A DNA stretch of 22,739 nucleotides, taken from the NCBI GenBank assembly GCA_040770465.1, contig JAXGJB010000044.1:1-22739 (forward strand), given 5' to 3'. The stretch is from Methanothrix sp. Its GTDB lineage: Archaea; Halobacteriota; Methanosarcinia; Methanotrichales; Methanotrichaceae. The stretch's first letter is position 1. Every line of letters starts with the position of its first letter. Below are positions 1-7,416 of this stretch, one piece after another. The notes under the pieces were generated by a model. It was not told the DNA's origin. It made no database searches and saw nothing but the letters and a program-made list of their open reading frames with translations. The translations under genes and the position numbers were made by a program.

Positions 1-17
1 GATGCACCGTTAGAGGC

Positions 18-380
18 TCACAGCCTCCGACTTATCCTTCTCAGCCATCCTTCGATGCTGCTCGATGCGCATTCATAGTTAGTTATTTTATGAAGCACGT
101 CGAATATTTCATCCTCGTCGCTCTCGTCGAAATGATATCCGCACGTCCTCAGAATTATGGCAGCTAATGTAAAGGCCGTCCGTGTTTGCCCATCATAGAA
201 CGGGTGAAAATGCGCGATGCATAACGCCCAAGTCGCTTTCTTGAAGACGTCAGATTCAGCGTTGATCCGGCCAACGAGGTAATCGATCGTTCCCTCTCAA
301 ATGACACCAGGAGTTCCGCCTCCAGTCTCAACGAGGTCATCATGTATCGATAAAACCATATCCCTGGTTATCCTGATCAT
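18..380 (-). pseudogene. Fic/Doc (death-on-curing) family toxin interrupted by an in-frame TGA at 297-299
   Basis: Manual translation: MIRITRDMVLSIHDDLVETGGGTPGVI*EGTIDYLVGRINAESDVFKKATWALCIAHFHPFYDGQTRTAFTLAAIILRTCGYHFDESDEDEIFDVLHKITNYECASSSIEGWLRRISRRL. It has the Doc-type N-terminus (IHD...GG.PGV), the Fic motif HPFxDG..RTA at 174-206, a C-terminal I..WL and the typical ~120 aa length. An alternative ATG lies at 395. Absent from the ORF track. Confidence 0.85.
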
Positions 381-609
381 GCCAACTGGCCCCATTACTC
401 CTCAAGAGATTTAGCATTACTCCATCAAGCCACTCCCTTAAACCAAGCTGAAAGGGCTCCAAGATGGTGAACTGGCCAGCCAGCCCGACGGTTTCTTCGC
501 GCCGCCCGGCCCTCACGCCTCGATCCCGTCCGCTGCTTCCCCTCGGGTGGCGCGAACCCCGCACGCCCTTCGAGCTGCCTCCGGGCGGACGGCGCCGCCC
601 GCGCGGCAT
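340..609 (-). CDS. Small hypothetical protein with Arg/Gly-rich N-terminus; possible antitoxin partner of the doc gene
   Basis: ATG at 609 has GGAGG at 618-622 upstream. The ORF overlaps the 5' end of the doc-like gene, as in toxin-antitoxin operons. No recognisable domain. Confidence 0.4.
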   Translation of the reverse strand: MPRGRRRPPGGSSKGVRGSRHPRGSSGRDRGVRAGRREETVGLAGQFTILEPFQLGLREWLDGVMLNLLRSNGASWHDQDNQGYGFIDT

Positions 610-715
610 GATCAGTTCCTCCATCAACATTTCTAAAATGATACGCTCGAAAACGTCGATGCCGATCAGAAATTCCAGAGGGAAAATTGTGGTAGATCAA
701 GATGAATTTATATTT

Positions 716-731
716 GATTAAAAATTAAAAA
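716..731 (-). terminator. Oligo-T tract after the repeat-protein gene (archaeal-type terminator)
   Basis: Minus strand reads TTTTTAATTTTT shortly after the stop codon at 745. Confidence 0.4.
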
Positions 732-744
732 TGGGGAGGGGGGC

Positions 745-1755
745 TCAGGTTGCTACCCCATTGTCGTTCAGGTTCCGGAGAACCTTGTAGCGGAAGGTGT
801 TCCCCTCGCTGGGATTATCGTAGGCCATCAGTACCATCTCGGGCCGCGTAAGATCGTCCAGGTTCGCGATCGCCACCCCTGCGCCAGCACCCTCCCAGCC
901 GACACCCCCAACCTCCACGTAGCTGTTGTCCCATCTGTTCGCCACGCCGTTGTTGTTGAGGTTCCAGCCGACCTTGTAGCGGAAGCTGTTCGCCTCGGCG
1001 GGGTTATCGTAGGCCATCAGGATCATCTCGGGCCGCGAATGCTCATCCAGGTTCACGATGGCGATGCCGGCACCCTGACCCTCCCAGCCGACACCCTCAA
1101 CCTCCACGTAGCCGTTGTCCCATCTCTCCGCCACGCCGTTGCTGTTGAGGTTCCAGCCGACCTTGTAGCGGAAGCTGTTCGCCTCGGCGGGGTTATCGTA
1201 GGCCATCAGCACCATATCGGGTCGAGAATCGCCATCCAGATTAGCTATGGCGACACCTGCGCCAGCGCCCTCCCAGCCGACACCCCCGACTTCTATGTAG
1301 CTGTTGTCCCATCTCTCCGCCACGCCGTAGCTGTTGAGGTTCCAGCCGACCTTGTAGCGGAAGCTGTTCGCCTGGGCAGGGTTATCGTAGGCCATCAGCA
1401 CCATATCGGGCCGAGAATTCCCGTCCAGGTTCGCGATCGCCACCCCTGCGCCAGCACCCTCCCAGCCGACGCCCCCGACTTCTATGTAGCTGTTGTCCCA
1501 TCTGTTCGCTATGCCGTTGCCGTCGAGGTTCCAGCCGACCTTGTAGCGGAAGCTGTTCGCCTCGGAGGGATTATCGTAGGCCATCAGCACCATATCGGGC
1601 CGAGAATCCCCGTCCAGGTTCGCGATCGCGACGTCAGCGCCCTGACCTTCCCAACCGACACCTTCAACGGTCGTATACTGGGCAAATGCCGGAGAGATTA
1701 CAAAACAACATAACGCAGTCGCGAGACAAACGCTCACCATCAACTTTGACCTCAT
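745..1755 (-). CDS. Secreted protein made of five 63-aa FG-GAP/VCBS-like repeats (putative Ca-binding beta-propeller)
   Basis: Signal peptide ending in PAFA-Q and RBS GAGGTGG at 1762-1768. Five repeats of GVGWEG.GA.VAIANLDGDSRPDMVLMAYDNP..ANSFRYKVGWNL..NG.A.RWDN.Y. NLDGDSRPD resembles Dx[DN]xDG blade loops. Confidence 0.88.
   Translation of the reverse strand: MRSKLMVSVCLATALCCFVISPAFAQYTTVEGVGWEGQGADVAIANLDGDSRPDMVLMAYDNPSEANSFRYKVGWNLDGNGIANRWDNSYIEVGGVGWEGAGAGVAIANLDGNSRPDMVLMAYDNPAQANSFRYKVGWNLNSYGVAERWDNSYIEVGGVGWEGAGAGVAIANLDGDSRPDMVLMAYDNPAEANSFRYKVGWNLNSNGVAERWDNGYVEVEGVGWEGQGAGIAIVNLDEHSRPEMILMAYDNPAEANSFRYKVGWNLNNNGVANRWDNSYVEVGGVGWEGAGAGVAIANLDDLTRPEMVLMAYDNPSEGNTFRYKVLRNLNDNGVAT
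748..1680 (-). repeat. Five tandem 189-bp coding repeats
   Basis: TTATCGTAGGCCATCAG recurs at 815, 1004, 1193, 1382 and 1571, an exact 189-bp period. Confidence 0.95.
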
Positions 1756-1949
1756 TTTTCTCCACCTCAGTACGGCCTCAGACCCCCAAATTCAGCATCT
1801 CATCCGAATCGTAGGGCAAAACGCCCTATATAAGCAGGGCGACCCACTGGTCAGCATTCTTCGTCTAGGTGGTATGCCAAACAAAGGGCCCAAAACCGCA
1901 ATCTCAGCAATCTACCTCGAGTAGATTTTACCGATAACAGAGTAAATTT

Positions 1950-1963
1950 CTTATATAAATAAG
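1950..1963 (-). promoter_or_regulatory. Candidate TATA box for the repeat-protein gene
   Basis: Minus strand has TTTATATA within CTTATTTATATAAG, flanked by imperfect palindromes at 1909-1927 and 1980-2003. Confidence 0.45.
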
Positions 1964-2383
1964 TTTTGGTCCTGTGAAAAATCACCGGATGATCCGGGTG
2001 ATTACAAATGGTGACTTCTATTTCATTGCAGCATCTTGTTATTCAGTTCTGAGACGAAATTGATTTTCAAGGGAGGATTCAATATCACCAGCAGAAGAAC
2101 ATCCGTTCCGCCTGCAAAATCCATAAGCTCCAGCCCCACAACCTCCGTGCCGTCATGGAGAGGTTGCAGTTCCCGCTAGAGAACGCGCCATCAGACCTTA
2201 GCCACCGCCTCCATAAAAACGAACCATGAAGAGACAAAACCGGAGATGCGTCTGGCACATTCCCCCAAAAGCAAGTCAAACCCAACAAAAATGTAGATTT
2301 TGAAGAGGCTCAGAGCGTGGCTTCGAACAGCTCATCACCTCTTCTTTTGAGCGCGCCATTAGCGCACTTGAGCTGGAGAGTAT

Positions 2384-3424
2384 TCAACGGGAGTCGGTCT
2401 CGTTGACCATGAGACCAGTCTCGTTGACCATGATAGTCCCGTTGACCAAGGTCCCGTTGACCAAGGTCTCGTTGACCAAGGTCTCATTGACCATGATCTC
2501 GGTCTCGTTGACCATGATCTCGGTCTCGTTGACCATGATCTCAGTCTCGTTGACCATGATCTCGGTCTCGTTGACCATGATCTCGGTCTCGTTGACCATG
2601 ATCTCGGTCTCGTTGACCATGATCTCGGTCTCGTTGACCATGATCTCGGTCTCGTTGACCATGATCTCGGTCTCGTTGACCACGGGCTCGGTCTCGTTGA
2701 CCATGATCTCGGTCTCGTTGACCATGATCTCGGTCTCGTTGACCACGGGCTCGGTCTCGTTGACCACGGGCTCTTCGACTGCTACCTCAGTCCCGCTGAC
2801 GGCGGTTAGTATTGGCCCAGTCTCGTTGATCACCGGAGCTGCAGGCCCGGTCTCGTCGATCACAGGTGCTGCAGGCCCAGTCTCGTCGATCACAGGTGCT
2901 GCAGGCCCGGTCTCGTCGATCACAGGTGCTGCGGGCCCGGCCTCGCTGACGACTGGCGCCGAGGGGCCTACTACCTCACACGACCCCGTGCTCGCCGCGG
3001 GGGTTCCCATCCCTATGGAATAGGGCTGCATAGCGTTCGATCCCATGGTATACTGATAGGGACTACCAGAGCCGACGGTGTAAGTCTGAAGGCCGCTCGA
3101 TCCAATCGAATACTGGTAGGGGCTTTCCGAACCGACGGTGTAAATCTGAAGGCCGCTCGATCCAATCGAGTACTGGTAGGGGCTTCCCGAACCGACGGTG
3201 TAAGTCTGAAGGCCGCTCGATCCAATCGAATACTGGTAGGGGCTTTCCGAACCGACGGTGTAAGTCTGAAGGCCGCTCGACCCAACCGAATACTGATAGG
3301 GGCTTCCCGAACCGACGGTATATGATGGAGTAGCTGAACTGCAAATTGTATATGCCACTGCTGGCGATAACATGATGGCTGCCAAGAGAAGCGCCGCCGA
3401 AACCGCCAAAAATCCTCTGGTCAT
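2384..3424 (-). CDS. Secreted low-complexity surface glycoprotein (Y/S/G-rich 20-aa repeats, Pro/Ala linker repeats, VNET sequon array)
   Basis: Signal peptide ending in PAVA-Y, RBS GGAGG at 3434-3438, and three in-frame repeat blocks whose variation preserves the protein pattern. Confidence 0.88.
   Translation of the reverse strand: MTRGFLAVSAALLLAAIMLSPAVAYTICSSATPSYTVGSGSPYQYSVGSSGLQTYTVGSESPYQYSIGSSGLQTYTVGSGSPYQYSIGSSGLQIYTVGSESPYQYSIGSSGLQTYTVGSGSPYQYTMGSNAMQPYSIGMGTPAASTGSCEVVGPSAPVVSEAGPAAPVIDETGPAAPVIDETGPAAPVIDETGPAAPVINETGPILTAVSGTEVAVEEPVVNETEPVVNETEIMVNETEIMVNETEPVVNETEIMVNETEIMVNETEIMVNETEIMVNETEIMVNETEIMVNETEIMVNETEIMVNETEIMVNETLVNETLVNGTLVNGTIMVNETGLMVNETDSR
2480..2773. repeat. 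21-bp tandem repeat, about 14 copies, encoding (EIM/EPV)VNET
   Basis: Unit GGTCTCGTTGACCATGATCTC. Five further degenerate 15-21 bp copies lie at about 2395-2479. Confidence 0.95.
2814..2963. repeat. 30-bp tandem repeat, 5 copies, encoding AAPVIDETGP
   Basis: Unit GGCCC(A/G)GTCTCGTCGATCACAGGTGCTGCA with a 30-bp period; the last copy is degenerate. Confidence 0.9.
3051..3320. repeat. 60-bp tandem repeat, about 4.5 copies, encoding YTVGS(G/E)SPYQYSIGSSGLQT
   Basis: Units begin at 3051, 3111, 3171, 3231 and 3291 and are nearly identical, with no unique spacers. Confidence 0.95.
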
Positions 3425-3685
3425 GTGATCCTTCCTCCGATACCTCTCTAAACTTATTCACATACTGAGCTTAAATAATCTCCCCTCTGACAAGAACCGC
3501 CCTGCTGACCGGCTCTCAAGGAACTGAGCATTCTTCACATATATAGACTTTCGTGGCCGTATTCCTTGATAAGCGCCACTGTACACTCCTATTTTGAACT
3601 TGATAAAAAAGATTATATAAATAATTCATGATGCCCCCCCGGAAGATGGACCTCATATCCGAAGGGCATCTGAAGCGCCAGCCCT

Positions 3686-4984
3686 TTACAGAGGAGGCCC
3701 CTGATTCTTCGAAACGGGACGCTCTTCCCCGTACATCTGGGAGGTCACCACGTCCCACCGGCTCCACTCTCCAGGGGAGTAAGTTCCGGCAAGGTCGCGA
3801 ATTATAAGCCCACCATACCCCCGATCCAGAGACCTTTTGAGGAGGGCTTTCGCCTCATCTGGATCGCTCAAAACCACCTCGTCCGCCAGAAATACCTTCG
3901 CAGAGAGGGGAGTTCCCGCAACGCCTCTCAGGACACCGCTCAGATACCTCCTCCTTTCAGCGTAGCTTTCATCAATAAGCTCCGTTCCGTTGAGGTAGAG
4001 GAGATCTGATGCCGCGAAGGACGAGACCGCTGAATCTTTCGACCTCCCTTTGAGGTTGATCTTTCCGAGCATCTCCGACCGGGGCGAGATATCCCCTCGA
4101 AGGACCAGGACGAACTCGCCCTCCATGATGAAGTTGCCCTTCGCCCTCATCAACTCCTCCGCCAGGTCGGCCAGAGACGAAGTGACGTTCCGAAGCTGGC
4201 TTGTATAGACGAAGACCTGTTCGTTGAACTTGTGGACCTGAACCCTAAGCCCGCCGTACCTGACGACGTAAGCTCTCGGCCCATCCCCCTCGATCGTCTC
4301 CCAGGGGTCCTTGCTCCGCCTGAAGAGCATGAGCCTTGCCGGGTTTGGTGGCGCGATCCTCACGTCGAATATCTCATCTCGAGAAGCGCTGAGAGCCACC
4401 ATCCCAAAATCCGGAAGACGCGCATAAGCCCTCTTCACCAGGGACTCGTCGGCAGAGAAGGCCTTCCCAATGGCCGCCGACATCAGGGACGGGCCCAGCC
4501 CCACCATCATCCTCCCGAGGACGGTCCTGGCTATGTACTTGGCCTCCAGAGGGGAGGCGCCGAGAAGAAGCCCCTTCAGGATGGATTTCTTTCTGAACGT
4601 GGATCCAGCTCCCCTCTGAGCAGGTATCATTCGGAGGGAGTCGTATACCTGCAACATATCCGTCGTCGTCCTGGTCAGGGTCTGCTGAGACCGGCTCTGA
4701 GCCATCGCCTCGGCCAGATCTCCTGCATCGGCTCCTTTAGGCTGCGAAGATACGGCCCGACCGGAGATCTCCTCCAGAACCTCCCTGAGGATCTCGGGGC
4801 CTATCCCCATCTCCTGCGGTTCCCAGGGGGGCCAGAGGCGACCCGATAGAAGCCTGACGGCGGGCCGGATTATCTCGGGAGAGAGACCTTTCATTAGAGA
4901 TGCCAGCAGATCGGCCTTGGCCTCTCTCCGTTCCTCTCTGGATACCGCCTCCAGAGCCCTTGCGATCTCGATGTAAGGAGGCAT
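3686..4984 (-). CDS. ATP-dependent DNA ligase-like protein (N-terminal DNA-binding domain plus degenerate adenylation domain, no OB fold), probably catalytically inactive
   Basis: DBD motifs (EMGIG, GDLAE, ASPLEAKYIARTVLGRMMVGLG, VKRAY..PDFG.VA). Motif I reads VRYGGLRVQVHK versus canonical xKxDGxRxQxHK; motif III MEGEFV; IIIa SDLLYLNG; IV GGLIIRD versus EGxxxK. The protein ends just after motif V. Confidence 0.85.
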   Translation of the reverse strand: MPPYIEIARALEAVSREERREAKADLLASLMKGLSPEIIRPAVRLLSGRLWPPWEPQEMGIGPEILREVLEEISGRAVSSQPKGADAGDLAEAMAQSRSQQTLTRTTTDMLQVYDSLRMIPAQRGAGSTFRKKSILKGLLLGASPLEAKYIARTVLGRMMVGLGPSLMSAAIGKAFSADESLVKRAYARLPDFGMVALSASRDEIFDVRIAPPNPARLMLFRRSKDPWETIEGDGPRAYVVRYGGLRVQVHKFNEQVFVYTSQLRNVTSSLADLAEELMRAKGNFIMEGEFVLVLRGDISPRSEMLGKINLKGRSKDSAVSSFAASDLLYLNGTELIDESYAERRRYLSGVLRGVAGTPLSAKVFLADEVVLSDPDEAKALLKRSLDRGYGGLIIRDLAGTYSPGEWSRWDVVTSQMYGEERPVSKNQGPPL

Positions 4985-4990
4985 TGAACG

Positions 4991-5317
4991 CTACCGTTCG
5001 ATCTTGATATCCTTCAGCCCTCTCGCCATCTCCTGAAGCTGATCGATGGCAAAATCCAGGTCTTTGAGAAAGAGCCCGGTCCGCTCCGTGGTGACGGCGC
5101 CCGGCGCCGAGGCGGCGATGAGCCCCTCCTGCTCCAGCACCCGCAACGAGTACCGAACCTTGTGGCTGGGTATCCCCGTCTCTTCAGCCAGCTTGAGGAT
5201 GCCGATCGGCTCATTCTCCACCACGTATTTCAGGATGGTAAGGTGCCTTCTAAGCATCTCAAGCTCTCTTTTCACCTTCTCTGTCACCAAATTCTCACGT
5301 CCGTTCTCAGCGCCCAT
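4991..5317 (-). CDS. Archaeal winged helix-turn-helix regulator (COG3388-like)
   Basis: Signature RHL.IL..V.E.EPIGI.KLAEETG.P.HKVRYSLRVLEQEGLI..S..GA. The start is likely ATG 5317 or GTG 5287 rather than 5512. Its stop is 6 bp from the ligase-like start. Confidence 0.85.
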   Translation of the reverse strand: MGAENGRENLVTEKVKRELEMLRRHLTILKYVVENEPIGILKLAEETGIPSHKVRYSLRVLEQEGLIAASAPGAVTTERTGLFLKDLDFAIDQLQEMARGLKDIKIER

Positions 5318-5815
5318 AACAATATTTATTAAGCAATCTCTATGCTTTATAATTCCATCGATTGACATGGCACATGTTATCATTTGCGGTTCGGATCGGC
5401 TCGTTATATCAGCCCTCCAAAGGGACCATCCCACCAAGGCGGGGGGACCATCCCTCCAAAGGGTCGGGGAGGAGACCGGTCCGCCTTCGTCCGGGACGCC
5501 GATGAAACTCATTATTTGGAGAGACGACCCCCAGGGCTTTTGCTGCCAATTTGGGTTCAGAGCTGATCGAGTCCCAGGAATAATCTCATTTTTACCTGGG
5601 TTTTAAAAACTCACGAGTTTGTCCGAATGCGAATTTCGTTGTGACACGTTTTGACATGCCATGAACTCGGGGCTCGCTCAATTCTCAGTTATTTTGAATC
5701 AACAGATTCATATACGATAGGCTCTTAGCAGGTAATATAAAATGATGAAGAGTTGGAGATCAGATGGGGTTGCAGCTTAGGGTTTTCCGGATCAAAAATA
5801 GTGTGGTCGTCTGAG

Positions 5816-6136
5816 ATGATACGAATCTTGAACTCAGAGTTCGACTTGGCTCGGCTTATGCCCGGCGAGGAGGAGCTGGTCGTCGCCTTCGTGCCGACAA
5901 ACCGCGACATATACAGAATGCTCCAGTCCTGTCACAAGCTGAAGGCGGTTTACATCCACCCTGACACCTTCAAAGATATGCCCTGTGTAGGCCAGACCCT
6001 TCTTTACATGCAGAAGGTGGAATTGGTGGTGGATGACGCAGTCCCAAAGAGTTTGTCTGAGCAGGAGAAGGACGCCGGCAAAGCCCAGGAGCCTGAACCA
6101 TCTCACCCCGCAAGCCTCGTCGTGGTCGGCCGTTGA
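5816..6136 (+). CDS. DUF1699 family protein
   Basis: MIRILNSEFDLARL.PGEEE...AFVPTNRDI..MLQSC.KLKAV.I...F......LL.MQ.VEL matches the methanogen DUF1699 pattern as I recall it. The start was moved from TTG 5753 to ATG 5816. Confidence 0.75.
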   Translation: MIRILNSEFDLARLMPGEEELVVAFVPTNRDIYRMLQSCHKLKAVYIHPDTFKDMPCVGQTLLYMQKVELVVDDAVPKSLSEQEKDAGKAQEPEPSHPASLVVVGR

Positions 6137-6223
6137 CCTCGGCTCCCTGCCATGAGAGTCCGGTTCGTCCTCAAACGCTAACTGCTCTTTTTTGCTGTGA
6201 TGGACCTTCAAAATTTAGAAGCG

Positions 6224-6263
6224 TCAGGCGAAGGGTTTCAGAAATCGGTTCGCCTTCGCCTGA
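6224..6263 (-). terminator. 11-bp stem-loop straddling the ftsZ stop codon
   Basis: TCAGGCGAAGG (6224-6234) pairs perfectly with CCTTCGCCTGA (6253-6263). A short U-rich tract follows on the minus strand. Confidence 0.4.
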
Positions 6264-7416
6264 GAAAATCTATCCCATGTTTGGAGACGACCCGGCTCGA
6301 TCTCAGATCTTCCTTGCCCAGGATCTGAGGAGACGAGACGCCGGTCACCACCAGCATCGTCCTGATGCCGTTGTCGAGGCTCGGATCGATCTGGGCACCC
6401 CAGATGATCCTCGCTTCTGGGTTTATCCTCTCGTAGACCTGTTCCACCACCGTCTCGGCATCGGAGATCGTCATGCTCGATCCGCCCACCACGTTGACCA
6501 GCGCCGAGGTCGCTCCAGAGATGTCCACATCCAGGAGGGGGCTTCTCAGGGCTTTGATCACCGAGTCTTTGCTCTTCATCTCGCCTTCGGCCTCCCCGAG
6601 ACCGATCATGGCGACGCCCCCGTTGGACATTATCGTCCTGACGTCGGCGAAGTCGAGATTTATCAGGCCAGGCCTTGTGATAAGCTCCGTTATCCCCTTG
6701 ACCGAACGCATCAAAACCTCGTCCGCCACCTTGAAGGCCGCCTGGAGGGGAAGATCGGGGACGACTTCGAGGAGCCGGTCGTTGGGGACCACGATGACGG
6801 TGTCTGATACCTCTCGGAGCCGTTTCAGCCCAACATCGGCGTTGGCCATCCTGATCGCCCCTTCGGCGGCGAAGGGGAGGGTCACCACAGAGATGGTGAG
6901 AGCGCCCATCTCCCTTGCCACCTCCGCAACGACCGGGGCGGCACCGGTCCCGGTCCCGCCGCCGAGGCCGCAGGTGATGAAGACCATGTCCGCCCCCTCC
7001 ACTGCGGCCCTGATCTCATCTATGCTCTCCCTCGCCGCCTCTTCTCCAATGGATGGGAGGCTCCCCGCCCCAAGGCCCCGGGTCGTCCTTCGCCCGATCA
7101 GGAGCCGCCGGTCCGCGTTTATGTGGAGAAGGTGCTGAGCGTCGGTGTTCATGGCAAAGAGCTCGGCGCCCTCGATCCCGGTCTCGGCAAGCCGCTCGAT
7201 GGTGTTGGACCCACCTCCGCCGCAGCCGATTACCTTTATGACCGTTGTGAGCTGCTCCAGAACCGCCACCAGATCATCGTCGTTCTCCATGGACCTCGAC
7301 ACAACTCTCCGATCTTCAAGATCTTCGTCGTCCTCCATGACCCTCGACGGAACTGTCCGGCCCTCGAGCTCAGCTCTATTAAGAGCTTCATCTATAATCG
7401 ACTTCACGTCCATCAC
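6238..7416 (-). CDS. ftsZ: Cell division protein FtsZ (archaeal FtsZ1-like)
   Basis: [17 protein letters not shown], tubulin signature [10 protein letters not shown]7 loop INLDFAD, IIWGA, N-terminal extension and C-terminal GIDF. Start is GTG 7416 or ATG 7413. Confidence 0.98.
   Translation of the reverse strand: MMDVKSIIDEALNRAELEGRTVPSRVMEDDEDLEDRRVVSRSMENDDDLVAVLEQLTTVIKVIGCGGGGSNTIERLAETGIEGAELFAMNTDAQHLLHINADRRLLIGRRTTRGLGAGSLPSIGEEAARESIDEIRAAVEGADMVFITCGLGGGTGTGAAPVVAEVAREMGALTISVVTLPFAAEGAIRMANADVGLKRLREVSDTVIVVPNDRLLEVVPDLPLQAAFKVADEVLMRSVKGITELITRPGLINLDFADVRTIMSNGGVAMIGLGEAEGEMKSKDSVIKALRSPLLDVDISGATSALVNVVGGSSMTISDAETVVEQVYERINPEARIIWGAQIDPSLDNGIRTMLVVTGVSSPQILGKEDLRSSRVVSKHGIDFLRRRRTDF

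Noticed and set aside
297-299. Programmed selenocysteine or pyrrolysine recoding in doc
   Set aside because: Pyl uses TAG, no SECIS-like element was recognised, and the position is not catalytic. A nonsense mutation is more parsimonious.
1039-1713. 224-aa plus-strand repeat ORF
   Set aside because: Antisense shadow of the 63-aa repeat gene.
2050-2290. 67-aa minus ORF and a short open plus-strand frame (HQQKNIRSACKIHKLQPHNL...) that might be a transposase remnant
   Set aside because: No convincing motif, start context or terminal inverted repeats.
2403-3023. 206-aa plus-strand ORF (SLTMISV repeats)
   Set aside because: Antisense shadow of the VNET array. The minus-strand ORF has the RBS and signal peptide.
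3051-3320. 60-bp periodic array resembling a CRISPR
   Set aside because: Entire units repeat with no unique spacers, the array is in frame inside a signal-peptide gene, and no cas genes are nearby.
3516-3767. 83-aa ORF overlapping the ligase-like 3' end as a frameshifted OB domain
   Set aside because: Its translation shows no OB-fold or motif VI (RFPR...R.DK) similarity.
5318-5512. N-terminal extension of the wHTH ORF to ATG 5512
   Set aside because: It crosses AT-rich TATA-like promoter sequence and lies outside the recognisable family domain.
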